The notes under the pieces: model-generated
The model's input: the letters and a program-made list of their open reading frames with translations, nothing else
Databases searched by the model: none
Told to the model about the DNA's origin: nothing
Part shown: piece after piece, positions 62,855 to 64,000 of the stretch
Position numbering within the stretch: position 1 is the stretch's first letter
Layout of the letters: every line of letters begins with the position of its first letter
NCBI GenBank assembly: GCA_028534125.1
Contig: CM052818.1
Span: 34,164,001 to 34,228,000, forward strand
Direction: 5' to 3'
Length of the DNA stretch: 64,000 nt
From: Lama glama
Lineage: Eukaryota
Position numbers and translations under genes: made by a program

Positions 62855-64000
62855 CTAAACACAGGAGACATGATGGGAAGGAGAGAGCATCAACCCCCAA
62901 AACCTAACAAGCATCAAGATAACCAGACCAGCTCAGTCCTGGCCCCCGAAACACCCCTGCCCTGCATCGCTCAGCTCGACCCTCAGGGTGATGGTCTCCT
63001 GCTGGGAACACAGGCTGGGGAACCCCACAAAGCAAGGAGGGGACAGGCAGCGCTGGGCACCAGAGCCCAGCAGGGGAACCTTGGGGCAAGGTGTTGAGGG
63101 CTGGACCTCACATTTTCTACCAGCCAACACCAAGACTATTTACAACTTAAAATGAGGGACTGTTTTACTTTCCTTTTCATGAACATGATGACCTAGAGAA
63201 AGTTATGTATTATATTCCATATCCAAAATTATGATGCCTGCCATCTAAGGGCTGCTTTATCAGCAGACAGACTGTATCCCAGAGAAGAAACAATACACAA
63301 GAGGTTCAGGGTTCAGAGTCTACACCAGACAGGAGTGTTCTTGCAAATGGACACCTGGATTGTAAGACTGATTAGCTTTTCCTCTACCAAGCTGTCCAAC
63401 CAAGGTCCATGGCTTCACTTCTCTTGGCATATGTTTGAGTTAAAAAACAAGGAACTCCCCTTTTGTTGTTCGGATCCTTCCTTATTCTGGGGTGAGTCTC
63501 CATCAAGAAGTAATTGATAACATAACTACTGTTATAACAGTAAAACAATGTCTTTGTCCAGCTCCTAGACTTACAAAGGGCTAATGGGAAACTGTTTTCC
63601 CAAATATTATTCTGATGCCTTCTTTGCTTATCAGATTAGGAGGACAAGAATTTAGGAACCGGCCTGACATTTGATGTGCTTGGCAGAAGTTTCCTGACTA
63701 GTTTTGAGACCAGCAGGACCTCCAACCTCTCTGTGTTCCCCTGGTGTTCCTAACAACAAACACCCGCTGCTTACAGCCTTCGGGGGAGCCCAGGTCTTTC
63801 CAGAGGAGAAATTCTCAAGAGTTAGCGCCCGTTAGGAATCATTAGCGGGCTTGTTAAAACACAGGTTGCTGGGGGTCACCGGGTGTCAGCCTGTTTCTGA
63901 TCCAGTGGATCTGCACAGGTCTGAGCATTTGCACTTCTGAGTTCCTATTTCTAATAAATGATACCAATGCGGCTGGTGCAGGGACCTCACTTAGAAAACT

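Noticed and set aside
62855..64000. Next upstream DPYSL5 exon (LEAEATHRVITIANR)
   Set aside because: Not found in the remaining sequence; it presumably lies beyond the window end.

Overview
Mammalian genomic DNA, very probably a camelid (two tRNA-Ala-derived vic-1-type SINEs and camelid/artiodactyl-type young L1 3' ends). Both genes are on the minus strand. At 46.7-62.9 kb are the last seven coding exons and 3'UTR of DPYSL5 (CRMP5). All seven have canonical splice sites, and their lengths (76+157+142+143+208+169+86 = 981 nt) give an intact frame of 326 aa plus TAA. About 17 kb downstream, a CpG island at ~29.75-30.46 kb holds the promoter and non-coding first exon of MAPRE3 (EB3). Bases 1-30071 are its long first intron, filled with old repeats: a degraded class I ERV pol, nested MaLR LTRs, L1, L2, CR1, MIR, MamSINE1 and hAT MERs. 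Nearly all entries in the ORF track are spurious. I see no evidence of a new multi-gene system, CRISPR array or prokaryotic feature. The best leads are regulatory: (1) an in-frame alternative 3' splice site (+10 aa) in DPYSL5 next to a YCAY-rich 20-bp minisatellite; (2) a dense RFX X-box cluster in the MAPRE3 promoter; (3) tandem poly(A) signals that would gate a miR-29 8mer in the DPYSL5 3'UTR; (4) an orphan coding-like, CpG-retaining intergenic segment at ~35.7-36.05 kb. Repeat subfamily names and human exon numbering come from my recollection of consensus and reference sequences, not from a search.
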